Below, piece after piece: positions 1-9,509 of a DNA stretch of 64,000 nucleotides. How positions within the stretch are numbered: position 1 is the first letter of the stretch; every line of letters starts with the position of its first letter. Position numbers and translations under genes: made by a program. The DNA lies in IMG/VR virus record IMGVR_UViG_3300045119_000497; one strand, written 5' to 3'. The DNA is from an uncultured virus (IMG/VR IMGVR_UViG_3300045119_000497) (Duplodnaviria > Heunggongvirae > Uroviricota > Caudoviricetes). Below the pieces are notes generated by a model, which saw nothing but the letters and a program-made list of their open reading frames with translations, was not told where the DNA came from and ran no database searches.

Positions 1-1389
1 GACGACGCCCGACGAAATCTTCGTCAAAATGACACCCTGATCTACGACTTTGAACGCGGAATGCAAGGCCCAGCCTTCGATATGATGCAACGCGGCTTCA
101 GAGTCGACATCGCCGAGCGCGAAAAAGCCTTGATCGAAATTAGCGGAAAGAAGTCCTCAACCGAAAACGTTCTCTTTAAACTCGTCGGGTCCATCTTTCC
201 CGACTTCACCGAAAAGCTCCCCGGTTCGACAACCCAACTTCAGCACCTTTTTTACGACATTATGAAACTCGACCCGATCGAGAAGTACGAGGACGGTCAG
301 TTGAAGCGTCCCATGAATCGAGAAACGTTGGAGCGCCTCGAAGGTCAAAGCCCGTTCGCCGCCCTACTCGTAAATGGAGTCCTTCTCGACCGGGACCTGC
401 GAAAAGCCCTCCAGGTCTTGGAAACCCAAATCGACCCTGATTGGAGATGGCGTTGCTCCTATAATATCGGCGGCACTTCGACCGGGAGATGGTCTTCGTC
501 CAAAAGTCCAATCGGGACCGGAAACAATTTCCAGAATATAAGCGAGGAATTCCGTCGTGTATTTATCCCCGATCCAGGTTTCAAGCTCTATGGTATTGAC
601 AAAGCACAAAGTGAAGCTCGCGACGTCGGGTGGTTTTGCGGTACGGTCCTCGGCGATTGGAGTTATCTTAATGCTTGTGAATCTGGAGACCTGCATACTG
701 CTGTTACACGGCTTCTGTATCCGAACTGGGCCTGGACCGGCGATCTTAAGCGTGACCGGCAGATCGCCAATCGCCGTTTTTATCGTTTCTTTACTTTCCG
801 CGATGCTTCGAAGCGCCTCGGTCACGCGACGAATTACTATGGCCGTCCGAAAGAGATTTCACGCCAAACCCGGATTCCTTTAGAACTCGTCGAGGAGTTC
901 CAAACCAGATATTTCGAAGCGTTTCCGTGTATTCGTCGTATGCACGCCTGGATCGCGGAGCATTTGCAACGAGACCGTTTCTTAGTCAATTCTTTCGGCC
1001 GCCGACGGGACTTTTTCGACCGTCCCGACATCGAGGAGACTCTCAAGTCCGCCATTGCCTACATGTTTCAGTCGGCCACCGGCGACGCCCTAAATCTCGG
1101 CCTCTGGCGTCTGTGGAAACGGATGGGAACCGGGCCGGTCCAACTTCTGGCCCAACTCCACGATGCGGTCTATTTCCAGATGCCCGAAACCTCCGAACGC
1201 GAAGAACGTGACTGGCTCAACGAAGCGATCGCCTGCGTGCAGGTCACGCAGAAATTCGTCAACCGAGAAATGACAATTCCCGGTGAAGCGGTGGCCGGAA
1301 TGAATTGGGCGCATCGCTACCGACTTCTCGAAGATGGAAGTCTTGACGATTGGAATCCTCGCGGGCTCGACGGAATAAGGTTGAATTAG
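1..1389 (+). CDS. polA: DNA polymerase family A (5' end outside window)
   Basis: Frame open from base 1; TGRWSSS..NFQNI, motif A IDKAQSEAR, motif B RDASKRLGHATNYYG, motif C QLHDAVYF. Confidence 0.95.
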   Translation, partial: DDARRNLRQNDTLIYDFERGMQGPAFDMMQRGFRVDIAEREKALIEISGKKSSTENVLFKLVGSIFPDFTEKLPGSTTQLQHLFYDIMKLDPIEKYEDGQLKRPMNRETLERLEGQSPFAALLVNGVLLDRDLRKALQVLETQIDPDWRWRCSYNIGGTSTGRWSSSKSPIGTGNNFQNISEEFRRVFIPDPGFKLYGIDKAQSEARDVGWFCGTVLGDWSYLNACESGDLHTAVTRLLYPNWAWTGDLKRDRQIANRRFYRFFTFRDASKRLGHATNYYGRPKEISRQTRIPLELVEEFQTRYFEAFPCIRRMHAWIAEHLQRDRFLVNSFGRRRDFFDRPDIEETLKSAIAYMFQSATGDALNLGLWRLWKRMGTGPVQLLAQLHDAVYFQMPETSEREERDWLNEAIACVQVTQKFVNREMTIPGEAVAGMNWAHRYRLLEDGSLDDWNPRGLDGIRLN

Positions 1390-1391
1390 TT

Positions 1392-2606
1392 GTGTCTGTT
1401 GATTGGATCGACCGCTTCATGGACCTAACTTCGGACATCCGCAGTCCGCCTGAGTTTCGTCTGTGGACCGGAATCACAACCATCTCGGCGGTCTTAGAGC
1501 GGCGAGTTTGGACCGAGACCGACGTGCGACCTCTGCGCCCCAACATGTTCGTCGTCCTGGCCGGTGGCCCCGCCTCGGGAAAAGGCAACGCAATCTGGGA
1601 ATCCCGAAACCTCCTTACGACTTTGATCGAACCCGAAACTGGAATCCACCTTGGCCCCGACAATCCGACCAGTGCCTCGTTTCTCGACGCCCTCGCAGCC
1701 TCGACCAAGATGTCGGTGAACGGCATGGGAGCACCGATGTATAGTGCGCTCACGGTCCTTTGTCGCGAACTCGGCTCCCTGATCGTCAAATACGAAGGTC
1801 AATTCGTCTCCAATCTCGCCGATATCTACGACAATCCGCCAAACTTCTCCGCTCCGAGGCGCCAGTCCAAGTCGGTCGACATCCCCGCCCCCACGATCAA
1901 CATTCTTGCTGCCGCGACACCCGCCACGATGATGGACACCATTCCCGAGGCCGCCTGGGGTCAAGGACTCACGTCGCGAATCATTTTCATCTATGGCGTG
2001 GCACCAACCCACTTCCGCGACCCGTTTAAGAAACGGAAAGAAATCGACTTCGCCCCACTAATCAAAGACCTCAAGGTCTTCTTCAAAGAACTCCACGGCG
2101 AATTCGATTGGGAACCCGACGCCCAAGACGCCATTCGCCACTGGATCAACGTCGAAAAATACGCTCCGATTCCTAACTACGGAAGACTAGTTCACTACAT
2201 CGGCCGGCGAAACGAACACGCTATGAAGCTCGCGATGATTTCCGCGGTGAGTGCCGGCCACGGACTGACCGTCACGCTTTCCGACTTCAAGCGCGCCCAG
2301 AAGTGGCTCTTCGCAGCCGAGAAGTTGATGCCCGACGTATTCCGTGCCATGGCCCAAAAGTCCGACACTCAGATCCTCGAAGACGTTCACCAGATCGCCT
2401 GGGTTCAATATTCGACCGTCCAACGTGACGCCCGCAAGGCGCTTACGGAAGCGGACGTTTGGAAGATCCTCGAAAACCGGACGACCAGCGAACGGATTCC
2501 TTACTTGTTGAAGTCCTTGGAATCGACGAATCGCCTGCGCAAGGCTGGGGTCTCGGGTGGTTGGATTCCTAGTCCGCCAGGCGACTTCCGAAACGAGGAG
2601 GCTTGA
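1392..2606 (+). CDS. P-loop NTPase, DUF3987-like (putative primase-associated helicase)
   Basis: Walker A GGPASGKG; N-terminal SPPEFRLWTGITTISAVLERRVW; GLTSRIIF motif; directly follows polA. GTG start at 1392 preferred (ORF open from 1350). Confidence 0.7.
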   Translation: MSVDWIDRFMDLTSDIRSPPEFRLWTGITTISAVLERRVWTETDVRPLRPNMFVVLAGGPASGKGNAIWESRNLLTTLIEPETGIHLGPDNPTSASFLDALAASTKMSVNGMGAPMYSALTVLCRELGSLIVKYEGQFVSNLADIYDNPPNFSAPRRQSKSVDIPAPTINILAAATPATMMDTIPEAAWGQGLTSRIIFIYGVAPTHFRDPFKKRKEIDFAPLIKDLKVFFKELHGEFDWEPDAQDAIRHWINVEKYAPIPNYGRLVHYIGRRNEHAMKLAMISAVSAGHGLTVTLSDFKRAQKWLFAAEKLMPDVFRAMAQKSDTQILEDVHQIAWVQYSTVQRDARKALTEADVWKILENRTTSERIPYLLKSLESTNRLRKAGVSGGWIPSPPGDFRNEEA

Positions 2607-2607
2607 A

Positions 2608-2910
2608 GTGAGACACGAAACCGCAGAGTCCATCCACGAATGGCAAACTGAGACCTTTGGTCCCGCTCCCAATATCATGCGCTCGGCCTGTCGAGCGAAC
2701 GAAGAAATGGCGGAACTCCTTTCCGATCTCTCTCTCGGTCACTACGCCAAGGCCGGCGAGGAAATCGCGGACATCATCCTGTGCCTTCATGGCGTGACCG
2801 CAGCTCTCGGAATCAACATCGCCTACGAAGTCGACCGAAAGATGGAAATAAACCGTAAGCGCAAGTGGCGAATCAGCGACCAAGGCCACGGCTACCATGT
2901 GAAGGACTAG
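2608..2910 (+). CDS. MazG-like (DUF550-type) nucleotide pyrophosphohydrolase
   Basis: WQTETFG, EEMAEL, EEIAD and KMEINRKRKW pattern of the all-alpha NTP-PPase fold. Confidence 0.8.
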   Translation: MRHETAESIHEWQTETFGPAPNIMRSACRANEEMAELLSDLSLGHYAKAGEEIADIILCLHGVTAALGINIAYEVDRKMEINRKRKWRISDQGHGYHVKD

Positions 2911-3045
2911 ATTCCGTGTGGCTCTTTTACACCATCGTCCACGCCGCGATCTGGTATCTGGTCGGCTACGCCATTTGGAAGATGCTTGCACGACCTAAAC
3001 CTCGCATCCCACCTTCACGAAGATTCATTGAGAGGAACGACTTCG

Positions 3046-3231
3046 ATGGACCGTGAAATCTGGATCTCAAAAAGCCTCGGCAACAACCGGGTCTATATAC
3101 TTTATAAGTCCGCCACGTGGTGTGACCATCACCAATGCATCCACCACTTAGCCGAGGTCGGCCTCGGTGAACGGGACTTTCACGTTCCATGGGACTTCAC
3201 AATTCGTTTCGAAGCGGAGAATCTCTCATGA
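3046..3231 (+). CDS. hypothetical protein
   Basis: Small ORF (MDREIWISKS...) overlapping its neighbours in the operon. Confidence 0.45.
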   Translation: MDREIWISKSLGNNRVYILYKSATWCDHHQCIHHLAEVGLGERDFHVPWDFTIRFEAENLS

Positions 3232-3458
3232 CAGACGCTGAGGTCAAGGCACGGATAATTCAGCTACGTAAACAACGTGAAAGAGCACAGAAAGTTATCG
3301 AGACCAATCTTGAAGCAGAAGAAATATTAGAAGCATCAAGGCATAAAGAAGCAGAATTCAAAACTTTATTCTCTAGAATGGATCTTCTACACGAAAAGAT
3401 GGATATGATTTTGCGAGAGACCACGGTTGAACGAACGGTGCAACGACGAACTGGATAG
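3228..3458 (+). CDS. hypothetical coiled-coil protein
   Basis: MTDAEVKARIIQLRKQ..., ATGA-coupled, AT-richer codons. Confidence 0.55.
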   Translation: MTDAEVKARIIQLRKQRERAQKVIETNLEAEEILEASRHKEAEFKTLFSRMDLLHEKMDMILRETTVERTVQRRTG

Positions 3459-3467
3459 GTTGATGCA

Positions 3468-3713
3468 ATGTCAAGCCCTCTGTTTGCTGATTTCAAGTTG
3501 GTTGACCAGCCACGGCTACGGGCTCTCACAGCGCGACGCGGTGTTACAGAACATCCACTTGGAGTCGAGATTCCAACCGTGCGTAACCCGAGGACGGAAC
3601 GGTTCGGCCTACTTACTACAGTGGTTGGGTCCCCGTCGCCGCGCGCTCGAAGCCTGGTCGAACGACTCACGCTGCCCTGGGTGGACGACCCAGATGGAGT
3701 TTATGACCTCTGA
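3468..3713 (+). CDS. hypothetical protein
   Basis: ORF fills the gap in the + operon. Confidence 0.45.
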   Translation: MSSPLFADFKLVDQPRLRALTARRGVTEHPLGVEIPTVRNPRTERFGLLTTVVGSPSPRARSLVERLTLPWVDDPDGVYDL

Positions 3714-3811
3714 ACTCCAAGGTCGAAAGTTTCGCCGCTTTTGGCTGGCGACCACAGCGCCAATAGCATTCTATGAGTTTCGCGAACACTTTGGACGAGG
3801 GAGATAAAACC

Positions 3812-4123
3812 ATGGCACAGACCTATGAGGAGTATATTGCTGGTTATAACGGACCGAAAGCTCCTTTGAACAGAAAGGAATGGGAAGCAGCGCCGGATCA
3901 TATAAAGCGGGCTTACGATTCAGTCAACAGCCCTAAACATTACACAACCCACCCGTCTGGAATTGAGTGTATTGAAATAACACGCCACATGGGATTCAAC
4001 CTTGGAAACGTCATTAAATATGTTTGGCGAGCAGACCAAAAAGGAGGGATCGAAGACCTCAAAAAAGCTCGCTGGTACTTGGACGATGAAATAAAGAAAA
4101 TTGAGCAAGGAAGAAACCGATGA
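3812..4123 (+). CDS. DUF3310 protein (T7 gp1.7-like putative nucleotide kinase)
   Basis: VNSPKHY..GIECIE..GFNLGNVIKYVWRA..KGGIEDLKKARWYL signature; GGAG RBS. Confidence 0.9.
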   Translation: MAQTYEEYIAGYNGPKAPLNRKEWEAAPDHIKRAYDSVNSPKHYTTHPSGIECIEITRHMGFNLGNVIKYVWRADQKGGIEDLKKARWYLDDEIKKIEQGRNR

Positions 4124-4180
4124 TCGAAGCCACCATCGTCACCGACTCGATCGCTCCACTTCCTGAAGGATACCAACTCC

Positions 4181-4468
4181 ATGCCTGACATCAACCCTGC
4201 CGCCGGCGACCACGTTGAGATCACCATAATTGCTCCAAGCGGAACCCCGGCCATCATGTATGCCACTCTAAAAACTAAGGAGCAAAGCGGCCAATATCAA
4301 ATCGAACTCAACGGCAACCCGACCATGAGGGGGCTCATCAACATCAACGACTATGAATGGAGCCACGAACATAAGCGTTGGCTCAGAAGGAAAACCGAAG
4401 AAAAGCGCATGATTCGTAAGCCAAACGCTGTCGAGATAACAGCTTCATTTGGGGAGCATCGCTCATGA
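4181..4468 (+). CDS. hypothetical protein
   Basis: AAGGA RBS; ATGA-coupled to nrdJ. Confidence 0.55.
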   Translation: MPDINPAAGDHVEITIIAPSGTPAIMYATLKTKEQSGQYQIELNGNPTMRGLININDYEWSHEHKRWLRRKTEEKRMIRKPNAVEITASFGEHRS

Positions 4469-7296
4469 AATTCACCCGCCACTTCACCGACGACCGGCCC
4501 ATCGCCGACCAGATCCAGTGGAAGACCGTCCACGCGATGATTCCGGGAACCAAGGTCGACACACTCGTAGAGGTTCCTGAGAGTTGGACTCCCAACGCCG
4601 CGAACATCTTGGCGAAAAACTACCTGCGAAAGGCGGGGGTTCCCGACGCGACTTGGCAGCCACCAGCAAAGATCGGCTCGCCTGAGTGGCAAGGAATGCC
4701 AAACTGGATTCGTCCTAGTAAACCTATGGAAGCGATAAAGTTTGGCAGCGAGAAGTCCGCCAAACAGGTCTTCCACCGGATGGCCGGCCACTGGACCTAC
4801 GTCGGGTGGAAACATGGCTACTTTCGTGGCGCCAAGAACTTAGATAGCCAAGGGATCGGCTACAATCACGAATCCGCCGCCCGAATCTTCTACGACGAAA
4901 TCTACTGGATGCTCGCCAATCAGATCGCGGCTCCGAACTCGCCACAGTGGTTCAACACCGGACTTTGGTGGGCCTATGGAATCACCGGCCCCGCGAGCGG
5001 TCAGTGGGCCATTGACTACACAACAGGGGAACCGTTCGAAACCAAATCCGCATACGAATATCCCCAGCCCCACGCCTGCTTCATCCAACCCGTCTCGGAC
5101 GACCTGGTCAATCCTGGCGGAATTATGGATCTTTGGACCCGAGAGGTCCGCCTCTTCAAACAAGGCAGCGGGACCGGAAGCAATTTCTCCAACGTCCGCG
5201 GAAAGAACGAGCCTCTTAGCGGTGGTGGGGTTTCTTCGGGGCTTATGTCGTTTCTGAGAATTGGCGACGTGGCGGCCGACGCCATTGCAAGCGGCGGAAC
5301 CACTCGGCGCGCGGCGAAGATGGTTTGTCTCGACCTCGATCATCCCGAAGTCGAGGACTTTATCGACTGGAAAGTTGGCGAGCAACGCAAGGCGCTGGCG
5401 ATGAACATCGGGGCGCGCGAACTCAACGACGGCGGAGAGATTTACGGAATCGAGTTTGAAGGCTCGGCGATCAACACCGTTTCGGGTCAGAACTCGAACA
5501 ACTCGGTCCGCATCACCGACCAATTCCTCCGGAAGGTCGACAACGGCGAGCCCTGGGACCTCAAGGCCCGTACCACTCGGGAGGTCGTAAAGACCCTTCC
5601 GTCGGATGAACTCTGGGCGAAAATCTGCCGCGCGGCCTGGGCCTGCGCAGATCCGGGGGTCCAGTTCCACGACACCATCAACGCCTGGCACACCTGCAAA
5701 GCCGACGGCGAAATCAAAGCGTCAAACCCGTGTTCGGAATATATGTTTCTCGACAATACGGCATGTAATCTCGCATCGCTCAATCTCGTCAACGCCCTTC
5801 TTCGCAACATCAATAAAGACCCCCTGAACGAAGACATTCTAGACCTCAAAAGATTCGAGCACGCCACTCGAATTTGGACCGTCGTTCTCGACATATCCGT
5901 TTCGATGGCCTCGTTTCCAAGTCGCGAGATCGCCCTCGGCTCCTATAACTACCGTACTCTCGGCCTCGGCTATGCCAACGTCGGCGGACTCCTTCATCGA
6001 CTCGGATTGTCTTACGACTCCGATGAGGGCCGTAACCTGATTGCCGCACTAACAGCCCTCATGCATGGCCAGGCGTATTTGACAAGTTCGCAATTGGCGT
6101 TCGAACTCGGATCATTTCCTCGATGGGAAGTCAATCGAGATTCAATGGCAAAGGTGTTACAAAAACATAAAGACGCTGTAAAGAATCTAAGCACGGAGTA
6201 TTATATCGCACCAATTGTTGCACGGGCGTTGACAGTCTGGGAACCTCTTGGCGGTGGCTGTGCGTTTCGCAACGCCCAAGTCACTCTCCTCGCTCCGACC
6301 GGAACCATTTCGTTCGTGATGGGCTGCGAAACGACCGGCATCGAACCCTTCACCGCGCCCACGATCACGAAGTCCCTCGCAGGCGGCGGCGAAATGGCGA
6401 TCGAAAATTCCGTTCCCGAGTCCGAATGCGCGTTTCCGTCCCGACCTGGCGGCCCCTGCCTCCGACCAATGGCCCACGTTTTGATGGTCGCTGCGGTTCA
6501 GCCCTTCCTCTCCGGTGCCGTGTCGAAGACCGTCAACATGCCCAACTCTGCGACGGTGGAGGATGTGGATTCGGTCTATCGCGAGGCCGGACGGCTCGGA
6601 TTGAAGTCGGTGGCAATCTATCGTGACGGAAGCAAGCTCTCGCAACCACTCAACACGACCAAACCGGCCGAAGACGAACAAAGGTCAAAGCTCTATAAGC
6701 TCCCCTTCTGGACAGAGGGTGAAACTCCCGACCTCGTGAGTAGCTCCGTTCTCGACCGCGGTGAACGCGAACGCCTTCCCGACCGATGCAGTGGCTATCG
6801 GCAGAAATTTCGAGTCGCCGACCATCCCGCCTATCTCCACACGGGCGAATATCCCGACGGCCGGCTCGGCGAAATCTTCATCGAGATGTCCGACGAAGGT
6901 TCGACCCTTCGCGCTATGGCCAACGCCTTAGCGAAAGCGGTTTCGATCGGCATTCAACACGGAACTCCCGTCGAAGAATACATCGAAGCCTTCGTAAACG
7001 CCCGATTCGAACCCGCCGGCATAGTTGAGGGCCACACGTCGATCAAAATCTGCTCTTCAATTCTCTCGGCGATCTTCCGCGACCTCGGCATCCACTACTT
7101 CGCCCGAACAGACCTAATGAATGAGAAAGAGTCCGTTAACGAAGAATTGACCAAAGCCTTACCGCCTCTTCGGTCTGTCGGAGCGGCCGCCTCGCCTAAA
7201 GCCTCTGGGCAATTCTGTTCCTGTGGAACCCTCATGACCCAAACCGGCTCGTGCCTCACATGTCCGAATTGCGGCAACAACACAGGATGCGGGTGA
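4465..7296 (+). CDS. nrdJ: Class II (B12-dependent) ribonucleotide reductase with fused C-terminal TSCPD/Zn-ribbon domain
   Basis: APNSPQWFNTG, QPHACFIQ, GGTTRRAAKM, ASNPCSEY (thiyl Cys), APTGTIS, YRDGSK, GEYPDGRLGEIF, terminal CLTCPNCG. Confidence 0.96.
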   Translation: MKFTRHFTDDRPIADQIQWKTVHAMIPGTKVDTLVEVPESWTPNAANILAKNYLRKAGVPDATWQPPAKIGSPEWQGMPNWIRPSKPMEAIKFGSEKSAKQVFHRMAGHWTYVGWKHGYFRGAKNLDSQGIGYNHESAARIFYDEIYWMLANQIAAPNSPQWFNTGLWWAYGITGPASGQWAIDYTTGEPFETKSAYEYPQPHACFIQPVSDDLVNPGGIMDLWTREVRLFKQGSGTGSNFSNVRGKNEPLSGGGVSSGLMSFLRIGDVAADAIASGGTTRRAAKMVCLDLDHPEVEDFIDWKVGEQRKALAMNIGARELNDGGEIYGIEFEGSAINTVSGQNSNNSVRITDQFLRKVDNGEPWDLKARTTREVVKTLPSDELWAKICRAAWACADPGVQFHDTINAWHTCKADGEIKASNPCSEYMFLDNTACNLASLNLVNALLRNINKDPLNEDILDLKRFEHATRIWTVVLDISVSMASFPSREIALGSYNYRTLGLGYANVGGLLHRLGLSYDSDEGRNLIAALTALMHGQAYLTSSQLAFELGSFPRWEVNRDSMAKVLQKHKDAVKNLSTEYYIAPIVARALTVWEPLGGGCAFRNAQVTLLAPTGTISFVMGCETTGIEPFTAPTITKSLAGGGEMAIENSVPESECAFPSRPGGPCLRPMAHVLMVAAVQPFLSGAVSKTVNMPNSATVEDVDSVYREAGRLGLKSVAIYRDGSKLSQPLNTTKPAEDEQRSKLYKLPFWTEGETPDLVSSSVLDRGERERLPDRCSGYRQKFRVADHPAYLHTGEYPDGRLGEIFIEMSDEGSTLRAMANALAKAVSIGIQHGTPVEEYIEAFVNARFEPAGIVEGHTSIKICSSILSAIFRDLGIHYFARTDLMNEKESVNEELTKALPPLRSVGAAASPKASGQFCSCGTLMTQTGSCLTCPNCGNNTGCG

Positions 7297-8078
7297 TGAC
7301 CGACGACGAGCGAGAGACGTTCATCCTCGCCCACCACAACGGAACCCACGAGCCAGACTGCGACCTGTGCTTTCTAGTCGGGCGCATCCAGCGAGCGAGA
7401 AAGAGAGAGTACATGACCACCGACACAGAGCGCGAGGAGCAGATCCGCAATGGGTTTCACTTAGGGCAAGATCGCGAACTCTTACTGCGCCTCCTCGACG
7501 AGTCGCGCCGTGAGGCCGCCCAGCGGCAGACCGAGCGCAACGAGGCCCGCGGGCAGTACCATCGCGCCCTGGAGCGGATCGTCGAGCTTGAGGCCGAGAT
7601 CGCGCGGCTGACGGGGCTACAGATGTCTCACGAAGGTCACGACCAGCTTTGCTACTATTGTTCTGAGCCATGCAACGCACTAGCGGGGAACCCCGGCCTA
7701 TGGCCAGTTCCGCTATGTCATTCTGATGATCCCGGGATGGTGAAGTGGCATCATCAAAACTGTGTATCGGAAAGGCTCGAACAGTTTGCGCGGCTGACGG
7801 CCCCGCCCGGCGCCTCGGCGATGGAGCAGGCAGAGAAGATCGTAGGAGAGCATTTCAGGATTCGCGTGCCTCTAATTGATGCTGATAGTTACGCTTACGA
7901 CGCGGAACAAGCCATCGCCCGCGTCATCGAGCGGGCCGCACGGATCGCGCACAACAGGGCGATTGAAGAGGCGACACAGCTTCTTAACGAAGAAGCCAAG
8001 CGCAGAATGACCGCTCAGATTCCAGGTGTCTATGTCGTAGAAGTGTGTATATCGCTCACCCGGACCCTCGAAAAATAA
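7296..8078 (+). CDS. hypothetical protein with Cys/His motifs and coiled coil
   Basis: Coupled to the nrdJ stop; CDLC and CYYC..HQNC motifs. Confidence 0.55.
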   Translation: MTDDERETFILAHHNGTHEPDCDLCFLVGRIQRARKREYMTTDTEREEQIRNGFHLGQDRELLLRLLDESRREAAQRQTERNEARGQYHRALERIVELEAEIARLTGLQMSHEGHDQLCYYCSEPCNALAGNPGLWPVPLCHSDDPGMVKWHHQNCVSERLEQFARLTAPPGASAMEQAEKIVGEHFRIRVPLIDADSYAYDAEQAIARVIERAARIAHNRAIEEATQLLNEEAKRRMTAQIPGVYVVEVCISLTRTLEK

Positions 8079-8088
8079 GGACTCAAAA

Positions 8089-8760
8089 ATGATTCGCCTC
8101 CACCTTCCCGACATCACCCTCGTCTGCTACGAAGCAAAGGCATTCCACCTAGCCACCATTGCCGTCTCAGACATAAAGGACAAAATAGCATTCGGGGGAG
8201 TCAAGGGCTTCTTCGACCAACAAAATCTCTCCAAGGATGAGGGTCAGAAATGGCTCTGGGAAGTTATGCCTAAGTCCATCCAGACCTCACATGTCTTGAA
8301 TGTCGAATGGGATTCAGGAATCAACGACCTCACGATGTGGACGAACGAATTCCTCCACTACGACTTCACCGGCGCGCCTTGGCCGTGGCACGAGAGTCAC
8401 GAACGGGTGGGAAATGGAGGGTTTAGTCTGGTCTCGCGTAGGTTGTTAGAGGCCCTGACGGACTTCCCCTACGCTTTTCCTTGGGACGACACTCTCTGTC
8501 GTAGGCATCGTCCGGACTTAGAAGCTCGTGGCTTCCATTGGGCGCCCGAAGCCCTTGCGGCGAAATTTTCCCTCGAACACGGACCAATCCGAAGGAGTTT
8601 CGGCTTCCACGACTGCCGAAACTTCCCCCGAATTTTGAGCCTCGCTGATCTCGCACGACGTTTAGACTCAGCGGACGACTACGTTCGTAATCATCCCTCG
8701 TGGAAAGAAATGCTTAACTATCCGACGCTACAGGAAATTGCTAACCTTACGCCGCGCTGA
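8089..8760 (+). CDS. DUF5672 family glycosyltransferase-like protein
   Basis: TSHVLNVEWD, EFLHYDFTGAPW, VGNGGFSL, KFSLE, SFGFH motifs. Confidence 0.8.
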   Translation: MIRLHLPDITLVCYEAKAFHLATIAVSDIKDKIAFGGVKGFFDQQNLSKDEGQKWLWEVMPKSIQTSHVLNVEWDSGINDLTMWTNEFLHYDFTGAPWPWHESHERVGNGGFSLVSRRLLEALTDFPYAFPWDDTLCRRHRPDLEARGFHWAPEALAAKFSLEHGPIRRSFGFHDCRNFPRILSLADLARRLDSADDYVRNHPSWKEMLNYPTLQEIANLTPR

Positions 8761-9163
8761 TGTCGAGAAACTCGTCCGTCCCAGCGACCTGCCGCAGTGC
8801 CCACCGATACGGAAACGGTGGTTCGTCCCAACGATAGATCGCCGAGGCTCGGTTGTCGAGAATCCACGTCTCGCCGCTGGCCTCAGCCGCCAAGACGGCG
8901 TGATATTCGCCGTCGGGAAAACCATCCACCGGCTCCGTGTAGCACAGGACTTCGGAAAGGTCCAACTTCGGCCATCCGCCGGCGATAAGTTCGTGGGCCT
9001 TCGCCAGCGTATAATCTCGACAGACGAAGCTCTTCCCGTCGGGACGAAACTTCCACGTATCCGGGGCTTCAGCGAAGATCGGGTTATCCGCGACATACGG
9101 CACGTCGTTGACGGTGTCGTTGACCGCTTCGAGACAAGAGAGCTGTTCAAAGGTCGCCGTCAT
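8747..9163 (-). CDS. Transglutaminase-like cysteine peptidase (BTLCP/C93), catalytic domain only
   Basis: AVNDTVN, CRDY (Cys), HAVL (His), ILDN (Asp), LRQ; no signal peptide of its own. Confidence 0.85.
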   Translation of the reverse strand: MTATFEQLSCLEAVNDTVNDVPYVADNPIFAEAPDTWKFRPDGKSFVCRDYTLAKAHELIAGGWPKLDLSEVLCYTEPVDGFPDGEYHAVLAAEASGETWILDNRASAIYRWDEPPFPYRWALRQVAGTDEFLDISAA

Positions 9164-9339
9164 GGACAGAGTCCCTCCCGGGGGTGTTGTTGACAGAAGC
9201 GCGAAAACCCCGGTTCATATTGCGCCGGACCCGTTCCGCGCGGCATCTCCGGACCACGAACCGGTGGCGGACTGGGCGACGGCGATATGTCTGGTGAACA
9301 CGCTCCAAGAAGAAGCATTAGGACAATCACGAATCTCAT
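9160..9339 (-). CDS. Small lipoprotein resembling the N-terminal segment of BTLCPs
   Basis: MRFVIVLMLLLGA-C lipobox, Pro-rich linker, PGFSRFCQQHPREGLC; GGAGGAG RBS. Confidence 0.7.
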   Translation of the reverse strand: MRFVIVLMLLLGACSPDISPSPSPPPVRGPEMPRGTGPAQYEPGFSRFCQQHPREGLCP

Positions 9340-9509
9340 TTCGGTTTCTCCTCCCTCAGCGGCGCACCTGGAATCTGGTGCCACGAAACGTCAAGGTCGA
9401 GAATGTCCTTGACAACAGTGATGACGCCGCCCGCGACGGGAGCTGCCAGCGTAAACCAGCAGCCCCCGAGGCTTAGGGCCAGCGCCAAGGCGCAAGCGAG
9501 GCGGATCAT
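9336..9509 (-). CDS. Small lipoprotein (57 aa, not in ORF track; possible spanin component)
   Basis: Hand-translated MIRLACALALALSLGG-CWFTLAAPVAGGVITVVKDILDLDVSWHQIPGAPLREEKPK; ATGA overlaps at both ends. Confidence 0.65.
   Translation of the reverse strand: MIRLACALALALSLGGCWFTLAAPVAGGVITVVKDILDLDVSWHQIPGAPLREEKPK

Noticed and set aside
2608..2910. Z-genome (2-aminoadenine) pathway
   Set aside because: A DUF550/MazG-like gene alone is insufficient; no purZ or datZ is visible here.
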